Assembly (NCBI GenBank): GCA_963705105.1
Contig: CAVPIW010000012.1
Location: forward strand, 288,001-352,000
From: an uncultured Nitrospiraceae bacterium
Lineage (GTDB): Bacteria > Nitrospirota > Thermodesulfovibrionia > Thermodesulfovibrionales > Dissulfurispiraceae
Direction of reading: 5' to 3'
DNA length: 64,000 nucleotides
A program made the translations under genes and the position numbers. The notes under the pieces are model-generated. The model searched no databases, was not told where the DNA came from, and saw nothing but the letters and a program-made list of their open reading frames with translations. Each line of letters begins with the position of its first letter. Positions within the stretch are counted from its first letter, which is position 1. Positions 19,164 to 28,703 of the stretch are shown here, one piece after another.

Positions 19164-19574
19164 ATGATTAAGAGATTCGGAATGACGCTATATTTAGCTG
19201 TATTATTTCTTGCGACGTTGGGTGGGTTTCTACCCGTAACTCATTCCGCTGACAGCATACCGCCGTCAGAGCAGGTTCCATCCGGTGAACTAAAAAACGG
19301 AGTAAGAGAAATCGAAGTTGTTGCTTATAAATATGGTTTTTACCCTAATCCCTTAGTAGTTAAATACGGAGAAAGAGTAAGACTGTATATAACCGCTATG
19401 GATGTGCCACACGGAATACATGTACCGGAATTCAAAATAAATCAAGTGTTGCCAAAAGGAGTTGCGAAAACCATAGAATTCACGGCATCTCAAAAAGGAC
19501 AATTTATGATCCACTGCAGTGTCTATTGCGGACCCAATCACGGGAAGCAGAAAACAAGGTTAATTGTTAAATAG
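19164..19574 (+). CDS. Exported CuA-type cupredoxin (cassette gene)
   Basis: Signal peptide; DVPHG and HCSVYCGPNH. Confidence 0.85.
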   Translation: MIKRFGMTLYLAVLFLATLGGFLPVTHSADSIPPSEQVPSGELKNGVREIEVVAYKYGFYPNPLVVKYGERVRLYITAMDVPHGIHVPEFKINQVLPKGVAKTIEFTASQKGQFMIHCSVYCGPNHGKQKTRLIVK

Positions 19575-19576
19575 CC

Positions 19577-20401
19577 ATGAAGCAGATAACTCTTTATACA
19601 TACATGATTCTTTTCCTCAGCGTCCTTGTGCTTTTTAACGTGTATCAGGATATCTTTACTTTAAGAGTGATAGAAGCAGTAGTAATGACGGTATCTACCG
19701 CAGTGCTGCTTGACGGCATCATCATTTGGCAAAAGGAGGGAAGATTCAGATTTCCAGGCGGCGCCCTCATTTCCGGTTTGATTATTGCCGCACTGATAGA
19801 GCCCGACCTGGAGAACAAGTTCATCTATTTTATTGCCCCAACATTCGCAATCCTCTCAAAACGTCTCATTCGGGTATCCAACCGTAATGTGTTTAATCCC
19901 GCAGCCTTTGGCTTATTGGCAACTACACTTTTTTCTCAGGGTTTGATAACATGGTGGGCGGCAACTCCTTTCTATTTAGTAGTCCCTCTTGGCCTCTTTA
20001 TTATCTATAAAATGCGAGGGTGGTTGCTTATTTCAAGTTTCTTGCTCACCGCTGCCCCGTTATATGTTATATACGGTGCCATTAATCAGATAGATTTTAT
20101 TGATAGTATAGGATTAATTAATGTATTCTTTGTCCTGTTTATGCTTACGGAGCACAAGTCTGCACCACAGTCAACAAATGCAAAGATAATCTATGGCTCT
20201 TCTATAGGCATCTTGTCATTTTCATTCCATTTCTATTATCCGCAAATAGATAATGTAATCCTCGCCCTCCTAATAGGAAATCTATGTACGCCTGTAATTA
20301 ATTCGTGGTTTAAAACGGGCAGGCCTCATCCTGCTACCGAGATCGTAAATCAAAAGATTAAAGAAAGCGTACAACAGGTAAATCAACCCGACTGGCAATA
20401 A
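19577..20401 (+). CDS. RnfD/NqrB-like membrane protein (cassette gene)
   Basis: ALISGLII, SKRLIR..NVFNPAAFG, FMLTEHKSAP; low GC. Confidence 0.75.
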   Translation: MKQITLYTYMILFLSVLVLFNVYQDIFTLRVIEAVVMTVSTAVLLDGIIIWQKEGRFRFPGGALISGLIIAALIEPDLENKFIYFIAPTFAILSKRLIRVSNRNVFNPAAFGLLATTLFSQGLITWWAATPFYLVVPLGLFIIYKMRGWLLISSFLLTAAPLYVIYGAINQIDFIDSIGLINVFFVLFMLTEHKSAPQSTNAKIIYGSSIGILSFSFHFYYPQIDNVILALLIGNLCTPVINSWFKTGRPHPATEIVNQKIKESVQQVNQPDWQ

Positions 20402-20429
20402 CGCTGGTCGTGGATGCGAAGCGTCATTG
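20368..20429 (+). other. Truncated attC site 4
   Basis: R'' CGTACAAC complements (G)GTGTACG at 19087; inner arms CAATAACGCT / AGCGTCATTG; right arm missing. Confidence 0.6.
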
Positions 20430-20597
20430 GAGATTCGCAAAATATACGAAGTATTGTCCGATAAGGCGGCGGAGAAACATCATCAAATAAGAGTCATAGA
20501 TGAATCAGGGGATGATTATTTATTTCCCGAAGACTATTTCGCGCCTGTGCGACTGCCCTCTGCAACAAAAGACAAATTAGAACCAACGACGGCATAA
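20421..20597 (+). pseudogene. 5'-truncated small cassette gene followed by an attC half-site (GCATAAC 20592)
   Basis: ASLEIRKIYEVLSDKAAEKHHQIRVIDESGDDYLFPEDYFAPVRLP..*, no start codon. Confidence 0.65.
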
Positions 20598-20661
20598 CAC
20601 AGCGCTCAAGCCCGGCGTGGAATTCGACGGGAATGACAGACGAGTGCTGTGGAGGTCTTTC

Positions 20662-22128
20662 TTAAGAGGTCGTCTTATAGGCCATGCATTTAAATTTTGC
20701 TGATGATGTCGAGTGAGGCGTGGCCGTCGCCTCCTCCCATCCGCCGCCGAGGGCGCGGTAGAGCTGGACAACGGCGGCGAGACGGGCCCGGAGAGTCTGT
20801 GAATAGGACAGCTCGGCATTGAAGAGGTCGCTCTGGGCGTTGAGCACGTCGGTGTATGGAGCGATCCCGTTGATGTACCGGAGCTCCGTCAGTGTGAGGC
20901 GCTTCCGCTCCGCCTGGACGAGCGCCTCCTGCGCCATGTACTGCTCCCTCCTCTTTTTGTATTCGATGAGGGCGTCCTCAACCTCGCGGAAGGCCCGCTG
21001 AACCGTTTGTTCGTACTGCAGCAAGGCGCTCCTCTGCTGGGCCTCGGCGATCTCGACGCGGGACCGGTTTTTCCCGGCCGTGAAGATGGGCACCGTCGCC
21101 CGCGCCGCATAGGTCCAGATTTTGGACGGGCCCTCGAAGAGGCTGCTCAGGTCCGAGCTCTCGTAACCGAAAAGGGCGGTGAGCGATATGGTCGGGAACA
21201 TCAGCGCTTTTGCAGCGCCGATATTCGCATTGGCAGCGATGAGGTTCTGCTCGGCCTGCCGGACGTCGGGACGCCGTTCGATCAGGGAAGAGGGAAGTCC
21301 CGCCGGGACATCCGGGGGCAGTCGGTATGTCGTCAGGGCCTCGCCCCGTGGAATCGCTCCGGGATTGCGGCCGAGGAGGATGCTCAGCTCGTTCTCCTTT
21401 TGGCCGATCCTTCTTTCTATGTCCGCCATGGTGTCCTCAGCACGGGCGACGGAGCTTTCCGCCTCATGGACGTCGAGCACCGTAGAAAGACCGTTTGCAT
21501 AGCGGGCGCCGGTGATCTTCAGCAGTTCCCGACGCGAAGCAAGAGTGCGGAGCGATACATCCCTCTGCTGGTCCAGGTCCCTGAGCTCGATGTACGATTG
21601 GGCAACGGCAGAGATGAGGCTGATGGCCACGGTCTTCCGTGCCTCCTCGCTCGCCAGGAGCTGCGCCTGTGCTGATTCTGTAAGCCGACGGAGCCTGCCC
21701 CAGAGGTCGATTTCATAGAAGGGAACGGCGACGGACGCCTGGAAGTCCGTTGCATGGGTCGGCCTTCCCTGGATCGATTCGACGGATTCCGAAAAGCGCG
21801 ACCGGCCACCCGAAAGGCCGCCCTCGATGTGGGGATAGAGGTCGGCCCGGGTGAAGCCGTAGACGGCGCGCGCCTCGTCGATCCTCGCGACGGCGATGCG
21901 GAGGTCCCTGTTTTCCTCCAGGGCGGTCCTGATGAGGTCCTGAAGGACCTCGTCCCGGAAGAGTTCCCACCACGAAAGGTCTGCAAGGGAGCGCGCTTCG
22001 TCGGTGGTGAGGCGCCAGTGCTCCGGCTGCTCTACGACAGGGCGCTTGTAGTCAGGGCCGAGTGTGCAGGCCTGCAGGAGCATGGCGAGTACGAAGACGA
22101 ACGGGATCAGAGAGAATGCCCGTTTCAT
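20662..22128 (-). CDS. NodT/OprM-family efflux outer-membrane lipoprotein (no adjacent RND/MFP genes)
   Basis: Lipobox LQAC-TLGPDY, WWELF, EIDLWGR, RRPDV, LYRALGGGW. Confidence 0.92.
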   Translation of the reverse strand: MKRAFSLIPFVFVLAMLLQACTLGPDYKRPVVEQPEHWRLTTDEARSLADLSWWELFRDEVLQDLIRTALEENRDLRIAVARIDEARAVYGFTRADLYPHIEGGLSGGRSRFSESVESIQGRPTHATDFQASVAVPFYEIDLWGRLRRLTESAQAQLLASEEARKTVAISLISAVAQSYIELRDLDQQRDVSLRTLASRRELLKITGARYANGLSTVLDVHEAESSVARAEDTMADIERRIGQKENELSILLGRNPGAIPRGEALTTYRLPPDVPAGLPSSLIERRPDVRQAEQNLIAANANIGAAKALMFPTISLTALFGYESSDLSSLFEGPSKIWTYAARATVPIFTAGKNRSRVEIAEAQQRSALLQYEQTVQRAFREVEDALIEYKKRREQYMAQEALVQAERKRLTLTELRYINGIAPYTDVLNAQSDLFNAELSYSQTLRARLAAVVQLYRALGGGWEEATATPHSTSSAKFKCMAYKTTS

Positions 22129-22574
22129 CGTGCAATGTTCATCCCTATGTTGTCCCATTGTTTTCATCAAGTGTTCTTACATCACCCCTGTCCAAAATAT
22201 TTTGCAGCCGGACTTTGAAGACGAGGATAGGGTTTGGTTTCTGAAGCAAAATTCACGGGTACTGTGAACGGCGGCGGGAGTCGAAGGCGCAAGCCGCAGC
22301 GGGAGCCGCAAAGTGTACCTGTGGAAACATATGTTTTCATAACAAAGATATGCTCCTGAGGAGAGGGAGTTTATTTTGCGAAGAAATCATGCCCTATCCT
22401 CGTGTCACGTTATTTTGGACACCAAATGGTTCAACATAATATTTACAGTTGTACGGAAAGGCGTCTGCGATGTCCTTACCACATTATTGACGACGGGACG
22501 ATTTTTTTCAACAGGCACAGAAGTGCGCGCGGATGTAAACTGTTGTAAGCCCCGTCCTTTTTGCGTTAAGATTA

Positions 22575-22774
22575 GCTTGTCGTTGCAACAGGACATCCGG
22601 AAAGGCGGGGCGTATGCGCCGAAAACCTTGCTGCGGCGACACCTGTATCAAAACGAAAGACGAGGCATAAGCCGATGTCAGGAGAATTGGACATCTCTTC
22701 CGACACTGACACTGACACTCACACTGACACTGTTTTCAGAGTGCTTCGCCCCGCCTTTCTATGCAACTGCAGGG
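22575..22774 (-). repeat. Hairpin element copy D (L3 arm with ACACTG tandem + R1 arm)
   Basis: Reverse complement of R1 arm plus (ACACTG/ACACTC)n and cttcgccccgcctttctatgcaactgcaggg. Confidence 0.8.
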
Positions 22775-22813
22775 ATTAGCTTGTTTTCCTCAGTACACAT
22801 GAGAAACATTATT

Positions 22814-25378
22814 ATGTGCAGCGCGAAGAACGATAAGATCACGACAAGGGAAACGCCGTCGGGAATCATCCTGATGATACTGGCAGCTTCGCTCCTGTCC
22901 TTTCTTCTCGCTCTATTCCTGTTCCCTGTGAATGCGGTGACGGCCCAGACATTGCAGAAAGAGATCCGGAAGGCACTCGGGGAAACAAAACCACAGGAAG
23001 GCGTGACAGAGACAAAGGACGTCCCCGGGCAGGTCGCTACCATTCCACTGTCTGACATCGGGACGAGGGCCGAGGAAGCCGTCAAAAGGATCATGGAGAT
23101 CAGGTCGGCTGTCCTCGGGCCTGATCAGGAGGTTGTCGACATCGGCCTCGAATTGCCCGGCGCACTGAGGTCGATCCAGGAGTTGAGGGAATATCAGAAG
23201 CGCTGGAGCATCAGCAGGACCAGCCGGCGCGTTCTCATCGACTTCCGCCAGCAGTGGTCCTTTTACCGGACAAAGCTCGATGCATGGCAGGGCACGCTTG
23301 CCAACCGCGCGCAGGAATTCGAGAATGCAGCCCTCCAGCTTGAGACAATGAGGAAAACGTGGAGCGCAACATACGATGAGGCTTCAGGAAAGGATCTGCC
23401 TGAAACGCTCGCAGACCGCATCCGGTCCGTTCTGGACAATGTGCAGGCTGTCGAATCGGACATCAGGGTGAGACGGGAGAATCTGCTCGGACTCCAGGGT
23501 GTCATTGCCGCTGAAGTCGCCACTATCTCTGGCGTCATCGGTGACATCGACGAGGCCGTCCTCAGGGAGCGCCGGGGACTTTTCAGCCTCGACAGTCCGC
23601 CGATTTGGAGGGCTGTAATCGAACCCCGGGAGGGAGATGTCAAACCGGTCACTTTCGGCGAATTCTGGAATGACAAACTGAGAACCCTCTCGATATTCCT
23701 TGAAAATTACAGGCGCCTCGTCGTTCTGCACCTTGTATTATTCCTGTTGCTCTTCCTCCTCATCAGGGGGCTGGGGAGGAGCGGAACGTACAGGGTCGAC
23801 GAGACGAAGCGACCCTTCGCCGCCCCGTCGCTCATGCTGAGGCGACCCTTTTCGGCGGCGCTGCTCCTTGCCCTTCTCCTTACTCTTTTCCTGTACCCCC
23901 TTGCATCCATCGATCTCCTTCGCATGGCTCTCCTGCTTTCATTCATACCGGCCCTGCTCCTGTTTCCGGGCAGGATGTACCGTCCTTTCATCGTTCTCTT
24001 TATTCTCTGGTTTATTTCCAACGCCTTCAACTTTTCCGATCAGACTCTGACCACTCGGCTCATTCTGCTATCCATTTCGCTCACGGCGTTTCTCTATGAC
24101 GCATGGCTTATTCGGTCGGAGAAATCACCCGTCAGGGATGCAACGGAACGATGGTCGAAGGTCTTCGTCTTTTTTGAGCGGCTCTGGCTGGTGATCTTCG
24201 GCATTGCAATCATAGTGAACATCGCCGGCAATGTCTCCCTCGCCGAACACCTGGCGAAGGGAGCCCTGTCGAGTGCCTATTTCGGCATCATCCTCATATC
24301 CAATGCATGGGTCCTCGATGATCTCTTCACCGTTCTGCTCCAGACGCCCCGTGCCCTGAAACTGCATGCCGTCAGGAATCACGGAGAGCTTATTCGCTCC
24401 CGGGGGACAGGGATCATCCACATTGCAGCCCTCCTTTTCTGGCTGATCGTCACGCTGCGAATTTTCTCCCTCTTTGCTCCCGTCGCAGACTGGCTGTCCG
24501 TCCTGTTCGGCAAGCAGTGGACGATCGGGAAAGTGGGGGTCTCCGTCGGGGACGCCGTCGTCTTCATCGCCGTCCTCTATCTTTCGGTCATTGTCTCGCG
24601 ATTTATCCAGTTTATTCTCAGGGAAGACGTTTTCCTCCGCGTCGAGCTGCCGCGTGGTCTTTCCGCGACCATCCTCATGCTGCTCCGGTACGTCGTCTGG
24701 TCCCTGGGTTTTCTCTTCGCCCTGAGCGCCATCGGCGTCAATATGGACCGTATAACGATCGTCGCCGGCGCCCTCGGTGTCGGCATCGGCTTCGGTCTTC
24801 AGAACATCGTCAACAATTTCATTTCAGGCCTCATCCTCGCCTTCGAGAGGCCCGTCCAGATCGGCGATGTCATCCAGGTGGGGACGCTTATCGGCAAAGT
24901 GGAGAAGATCGGCATCCGTTCGAGCAGGGTGCGCACCTTCGAGGGCGCCGATGTCATCATACCGAACGCAGATCTCATATCCAAGGAGGTGACGAACTGG
25001 ACCCTCTCCGATCAGGCCCGGAGGATCGATATCAGCGTCGGTGTTTCTTACGGCACTGACCCTGAAAGGGTTCTTACCATTCTTCTTGGTATCGCCCGCA
25101 GCCATCCCGACGCCATGAAGGAGCCGGAGCCGGTGGCGCTTTTCTTGGGCTTCGGCGACAGTTCACTCAATTTTCAGCTCCTTTTCTGGACGGCCCAGTT
25201 CGACCGCTGGCTGAGGGTCAGGAGTGAAGTGACCGTGAAGATCAACGAGGCGCTGAGGGAGGCCGGTATCGGGATTCCCTTTCCGCAGCGCGACCTTCAC
25301 CTGCGGTCCGTCGATCCGTCTGTTCTTGAACCCTTCGGGAAACAGGAAAGCCGGCAGGCGGAGCCGAAGGGGGAATAG
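22814..25378 (+). CDS. Large MscS/MscK-family mechanosensitive channel
   Basis: GALGVGIGFGLQNIVNNFISG..ERPVQIGD, IPFPQRDL; the ORF-track N-terminal extension is repeat DNA. Confidence 0.9.
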   Translation: MCSAKNDKITTRETPSGIILMILAASLLSFLLALFLFPVNAVTAQTLQKEIRKALGETKPQEGVTETKDVPGQVATIPLSDIGTRAEEAVKRIMEIRSAVLGPDQEVVDIGLELPGALRSIQELREYQKRWSISRTSRRVLIDFRQQWSFYRTKLDAWQGTLANRAQEFENAALQLETMRKTWSATYDEASGKDLPETLADRIRSVLDNVQAVESDIRVRRENLLGLQGVIAAEVATISGVIGDIDEAVLRERRGLFSLDSPPIWRAVIEPREGDVKPVTFGEFWNDKLRTLSIFLENYRRLVVLHLVLFLLLFLLIRGLGRSGTYRVDETKRPFAAPSLMLRRPFSAALLLALLLTLFLYPLASIDLLRMALLLSFIPALLLFPGRMYRPFIVLFILWFISNAFNFSDQTLTTRLILLSISLTAFLYDAWLIRSEKSPVRDATERWSKVFVFFERLWLVIFGIAIIVNIAGNVSLAEHLAKGALSSAYFGIILISNAWVLDDLFTVLLQTPRALKLHAVRNHGELIRSRGTGIIHIAALLFWLIVTLRIFSLFAPVADWLSVLFGKQWTIGKVGVSVGDAVVFIAVLYLSVIVSRFIQFILREDVFLRVELPRGLSATILMLLRYVVWSLGFLFALSAIGVNMDRITIVAGALGVGIGFGLQNIVNNFISGLILAFERPVQIGDVIQVGTLIGKVEKIGIRSSRVRTFEGADVIIPNADLISKEVTNWTLSDQARRIDISVGVSYGTDPERVLTILLGIARSHPDAMKEPEPVALFLGFGDSSLNFQLLFWTAQFDRWLRVRSEVTVKINEALREAGIGIPFPQRDLHLRSVDPSVLEPFGKQESRQAEPKGE

Positions 25379-25539
25379 ATCGTCGTTGCCCGGAAAGGCG
25401 GGTCAAAAGGCCCCAAAGCCTCACTCATAGCGACGCTGCCTCCGGGAAGGCAGATATGGGTCAAAGCCTTTCCAATGCGATGATGAGACGTCTCCAGGTG
25501 TTCAGCGCCTGCAGCCCTGACGGGCGCATGGTATCAACA

Positions 25540-25597
25540 ACTCACACTGACACTGTTTTCAGAGTGCTTCGCCCCGCCTTTTCATACAACTGCAGGG
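25540..25597 (-). repeat. Solo L3 arm of the hairpin element (copy E)
   Basis: actcacactgacactgttttcagagtgcttcgccccgccttttcatacaactgcaggg. Confidence 0.75.
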
Positions 25598-25620
25598 TTT
25601 ATGCAGGGTTAGGGTAGACA

Positions 25621-25941
25621 ATGGCATATGACAGGGAAATCGGCGCGCGTGTGGGGAAGATCGTCTCGGTCTGGGAGCATGTTTCTGAAAAGCCCATGTT
25701 CGGCGGCATCTGTTATCTTCTCAAGGGCAGGATGTTCGCCGGCGTTTACCGGGAGTTTCTCATCCTCCGCCTGGGAGAAAAGGGTGCTGCCGAGGCGTTG
25801 CGGTCGACCGACGCCCGTCCCCTCGACATAACGGGCAAGCCTATGAAGGGGTGGGTCATGATCAGAAAGGAAGGGTTCGCTGAGGATGAGGCGCTGGAAG
25901 AATTGCTGAACGAGGCGAAGGATTATGTGCTGACGTTGTGA
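25621..25941 (+). CDS. TfoX/Sxy N-terminal-domain protein
   Basis: EKPMFGG, LILRLG, DITGKPMKGWV. Confidence 0.85.
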   Translation: MAYDREIGARVGKIVSVWEHVSEKPMFGGICYLLKGRMFAGVYREFLILRLGEKGAAEALRSTDARPLDITGKPMKGWVMIRKEGFAEDEALEELLNEAKDYVLTL

Positions 25942-25945
25942 TGAA

Positions 25946-26157
25946 CCTTATCGTTGCAATAGGACATCCGGAAAGGCGGGGCGAAGATGCCTCTAAGCCT
26001 TGGTGCTGAGAAACCTATGCCGTCCCATACGGATTATTTCAAGCGTATGGTTGATCGCATAAAAGATGAGATCCCGAATGTCCCATTTCAAATGATCATG
26101 CTCGCTATCAGCAAGGCTTTGAGGCACTTTGTCCCGCCTTTTCATGCAACAGAAAGG
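25946..26157 (-). repeat. Hairpin element copy F (L2+R2)
   Basis: Reverse complement of the copy A type. Confidence 0.85.
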
Positions 26158-26248
26158 TGAAGTTAGGGTATAATAATACGTTTTATTCTGAATCCCGCCT
26201 GAGCGGGACATGGTTTTTCAATCATAATGGTGTGGAGGTGGAGTCAGG

Positions 26249-26845
26249 ATGAAGAGGATGCTGATGTATTGTGTCGCTTTGATGAGTGTGATGGTGCTTA
26301 TCGCTTCCTGCGCGAGCGACAAGCAGCCGGCCGAGATGGCGGTCAAGGCTGCCGAGGAGTCGATCAATGCGGTCAGGGGAGATGCCGCCAAGTATGTCCC
26401 GGATCAGTTGAAAGGCGTTGAAGATGCCCTGAAGGCGGCGAAGGACAGCATGGCAAAGGGAGATTACAAGGCAGCGCTCGCCTCGGCGAAGGATATCCCT
26501 GCAAAGGCCAAGGAGTTGGGCGCGGCGGCCCAGGCCAAGAAGGCGGAACTGACGAAGTCGTGGGAGGAAATGAGCGCTTCGCTGCCCAAGACTGTTGAAG
26601 AGATCAAGGCCAAGATCGATGCGCTCACGAAGAGCAAGAAACTCCCGGCGGGAATGGACAAGGAGAAACTTGAAGGCGCAAAGACGGGATACACAGAGAT
26701 CACCGATATGTGGAACCAGGCGATGGAGGCTTTCAAGGCCGGCAACCTGGCTGATGCCCTCGCCAAGGCGAAGACCGTAAAGGAAAAGGCCGCCGAGATC
26801 ATGACGAACCTCGGTATGAAGGCGCCGGAAGCGCCGAAGGGCTAA
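26249..26845 (+). CDS. Ala/Lys-rich helical lipoprotein (DUF4398-like)
   Basis: Lipobox IASC; DAAKYVPD, coiled-coil composition. Confidence 0.7.
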   Translation: MKRMLMYCVALMSVMVLIASCASDKQPAEMAVKAAEESINAVRGDAAKYVPDQLKGVEDALKAAKDSMAKGDYKAALASAKDIPAKAKELGAAAQAKKAELTKSWEEMSASLPKTVEEIKAKIDALTKSKKLPAGMDKEKLEGAKTGYTEITDMWNQAMEAFKAGNLADALAKAKTVKEKAAEIMTNLGMKAPEAPKG

Positions 26846-26856
26846 CCCTCTCTCTT

Positions 26857-26897
26857 ATCTCCGGACGGCAACAACCCCTGTCGCCGTCCGGAGATAT
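26857..26897. terminator. Hairpin between convergent genes
   Basis: ATCTCCGGACGGC...GCCGTCCGGAGAT. Confidence 0.7.
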
Positions 26898-26913
26898 ACT
26901 CCTGTCCCGATCC

Positions 26914-27195
26914 TCAGAATAGCCCCACGATCTTGTCCTCTCCGGCAAGCAGGTCGACGAGCGCGTCATAATCCAGTTGCTTCACGCCGCTCTTCACATC
27001 ACCGTCACGAATCCCCCTCAATCTGCAGTCCTCCTGCAGGATAGACACGGCACCGCAAAAATCGTCAAGGTCTGTCCCGCAGGCCGCGTAGATCCCGTTT
27101 TGCAGAAAGACGAGGTCGGCGGCCATATCCCTGGCGAGAGCAATCCCTCTTTTGCAGTCCGGCGTTTCAGGCGAGCTTTTTATCAGAACGATCAT
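26914..27195 (-). CDS. DsrH/TusB-family sulfur-relay protein
   Basis: LVFLQNGIY, EDCRLRGI, LDYDALVDL. Confidence 0.8.
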   Translation of the reverse strand: MIVLIKSSPETPDCKRGIALARDMAADLVFLQNGIYAACGTDLDDFCGAVSILQEDCRLRGIRDGDVKSGVKQLDYDALVDLLAGEDKIVGLF

Positions 27196-27252
27196 GTTTC
27201 CTCCTAAATCTAATGCCTCTGCTCCCGTGCATGTCTTGTATTGAAGATATAC

Positions 27253-27325
27253 CTTGTTATTGCACACGCCCTCGGGGAAATGCAGGGCGAATGCGCCGAA
27301 AAGCCTCGGTGCTGAGAAATGCCGG
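27253..27325 (-). repeat. Degenerate R2 arm of the hairpin element inside the dsr triad (copy G)
   Basis: gcagggcgaatgcgccgaaaagcctcggtgctgagaaa. Confidence 0.55.
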
Positions 27326-27343
27326 ACGCGCGATTTGTGTTTA

Positions 27344-27697
27344 TCAGAACAGCATCGTCGTGTCGGCGTCTCTGACGAGTTCGGCGATTTTCCTGCTCTC
27401 TGTTATCCCGAACCCCCCGATCATGTCTGCGGGGCTGAGATTGAATGCCTGCGCTGACGGCGCGTCCGCATAGACCTCCACGCCCATGTCGATGCAGTCC
27501 TTCAAGGCCTCCTCCAGATTGGTGAATCCCGTGTCGGCCACGTCATGCCCTTTCTTTGCCAGGAGGACTCCCCCGTCCGTCAGGATGAGACAGACGCTCA
27601 AATCGTCGGCCACAGCGCCCATGGCGTGCCTGACAGCTTCTGCGGCGTTCATGTCACCGTAGGGCGCCCTTTTCAGAAACATCACGATTCTCTTCAT
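27344..27697 (-). CDS. DsrF/TusC-family protein
   Basis: RAPYG..EAVR, DGGVLLAKKG, VEVYAD..S. Confidence 0.8.
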   Translation of the reverse strand: MKRIVMFLKRAPYGDMNAAEAVRHAMGAVADDLSVCLILTDGGVLLAKKGHDVADTGFTNLEEALKDCIDMGVEVYADAPSAQAFNLSPADMIGGFGITESRKIAELVRDADTTMLF

Positions 27698-27710
27698 GGA
27701 TATGTTCCCC

Positions 27711-28067
27711 CTATGCGCCGATGTTGAGCCAGACGTCGGTTTCCGCCATAGTCCGGAAAAGTCCCCTGAGAGAGCCGACGTCCGTACCCGGGAGATAATC
27801 GTCCTTCACCGCACGGCGAAAGTTCAGGCATCCCCCTCAGAGGTACACCTTCAGTCCTTTCTCAATAAGCGCGGAGAACCACTCCCCGGCATTGGGAATC
27901 CCCTTTGCCTTTTGTCCCTTCAGAAAGCAGTAGACCCCGTCTCCCGACGCGATCAGGTTGACCGCATGCCCTTTTGTCAGGGCCGACTCCGCAATCCTGA
28001 TTGCCGTCAGGGTGTTTTGAGACGAATAAGGAGATGTGGACAAAAGGATCGTAAAGGTCTTCTTCAT
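27711..28067 (-). CDS. DsrE/TusD-family sulfurtransferase, probable selenoprotein (TGA 27839-27837, VYL-U-GGC)
   Basis: SPYS, GDGVY; read-through GGCLNFRRAVKDDYLPGTDVGSLRGLFRTMAETDVWLNIGA* gives a full-length 118-aa DsrE ending 13 nt before dsrF. Confidence 0.85.
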
Positions 28068-28261
28068 CGGAATCCCTCCGCTATGACAACAGTTTCGCAA
28101 TTATTACTCCGGCAACTGAAAACCCATGACAGTGTCGCTGCCGCACCCCCCCCACTCGATGCGGGAGCACAGGCAATCCTGCTGAAAACAAAGAAGGATG
28201 CCGGGCTGATTCCCGGCTGCGCGATGACAGGAGCCGGAATGACAAACCATAACATGCTTCA

Positions 28262-28473
28262 CCTTACAGTTGCGTACAAAAGGCGGGACGAAGCGCCTCA
28301 AAGCCTTGCTGAAGGCGACGATGAGCCTCGTCAGGTTCGTCATCCAGGATTCCACTCTTCGTGTCATCGATCATTGGTGTATAGACCGTCTTTCGTTCTG
28401 ATACAGGAGTCGCCGCAGCAAGGTTTTCGGCGCATACGCCCCGCCTTTCCAAAAAGCGTATGCAACGATAAGG
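28262..28473 (+). repeat. Hairpin element copy H
   Basis: CCTTACAGTTGCG...TGCAACGATAAGG; nearly identical to copy I. Confidence 0.9.
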
Positions 28474-28636
28474 TTCATTCAACTGATTGCCGAGTTCATT
28501 GTCTCATTCTATACGCTTTTCCTGCAAAATTGTAAGCCGCCCCGGTGAGGGGACAGATCGTTTCGTTTTAAAAACAGTGTGATATCCCCGCCTTTCAGCG
28601 GTGATGAAAAAATGTTTGAGGACATGAAAAATTATC

Positions 28637-28665
28637 TTGACAAAAAAATACAAAAGTATTACAAT
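28637..28665 (+). promoter_or_regulatory. Near-consensus sigma70 promoter
   Basis: TTGACA-17 nt-TACAAT. Confidence 0.75.
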
Positions 28666-28703
28666 AAAAGTACGAAAGAAAGCGAAAGGTGATAGAAAAG
28701 CGC

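Noticed and set aside
22700..22735. CRISPR array in the hexamer tracts or dispersed repeats
   Set aside because: No regular repeat-spacer periodicity and no cas genes
22376..22813. Long N-terminal extension of the MscS/MscK ORF
   Set aside because: It is translated repeat DNA (75-bp repeat, element D, TLTLTL from hexamers)
28264..28482. Short ORFs recurring in the 210-bp element ([25 protein letters not shown])
   Set aside because: Starts, stops and frames differ among copies; conservation follows base pairing rather than codons
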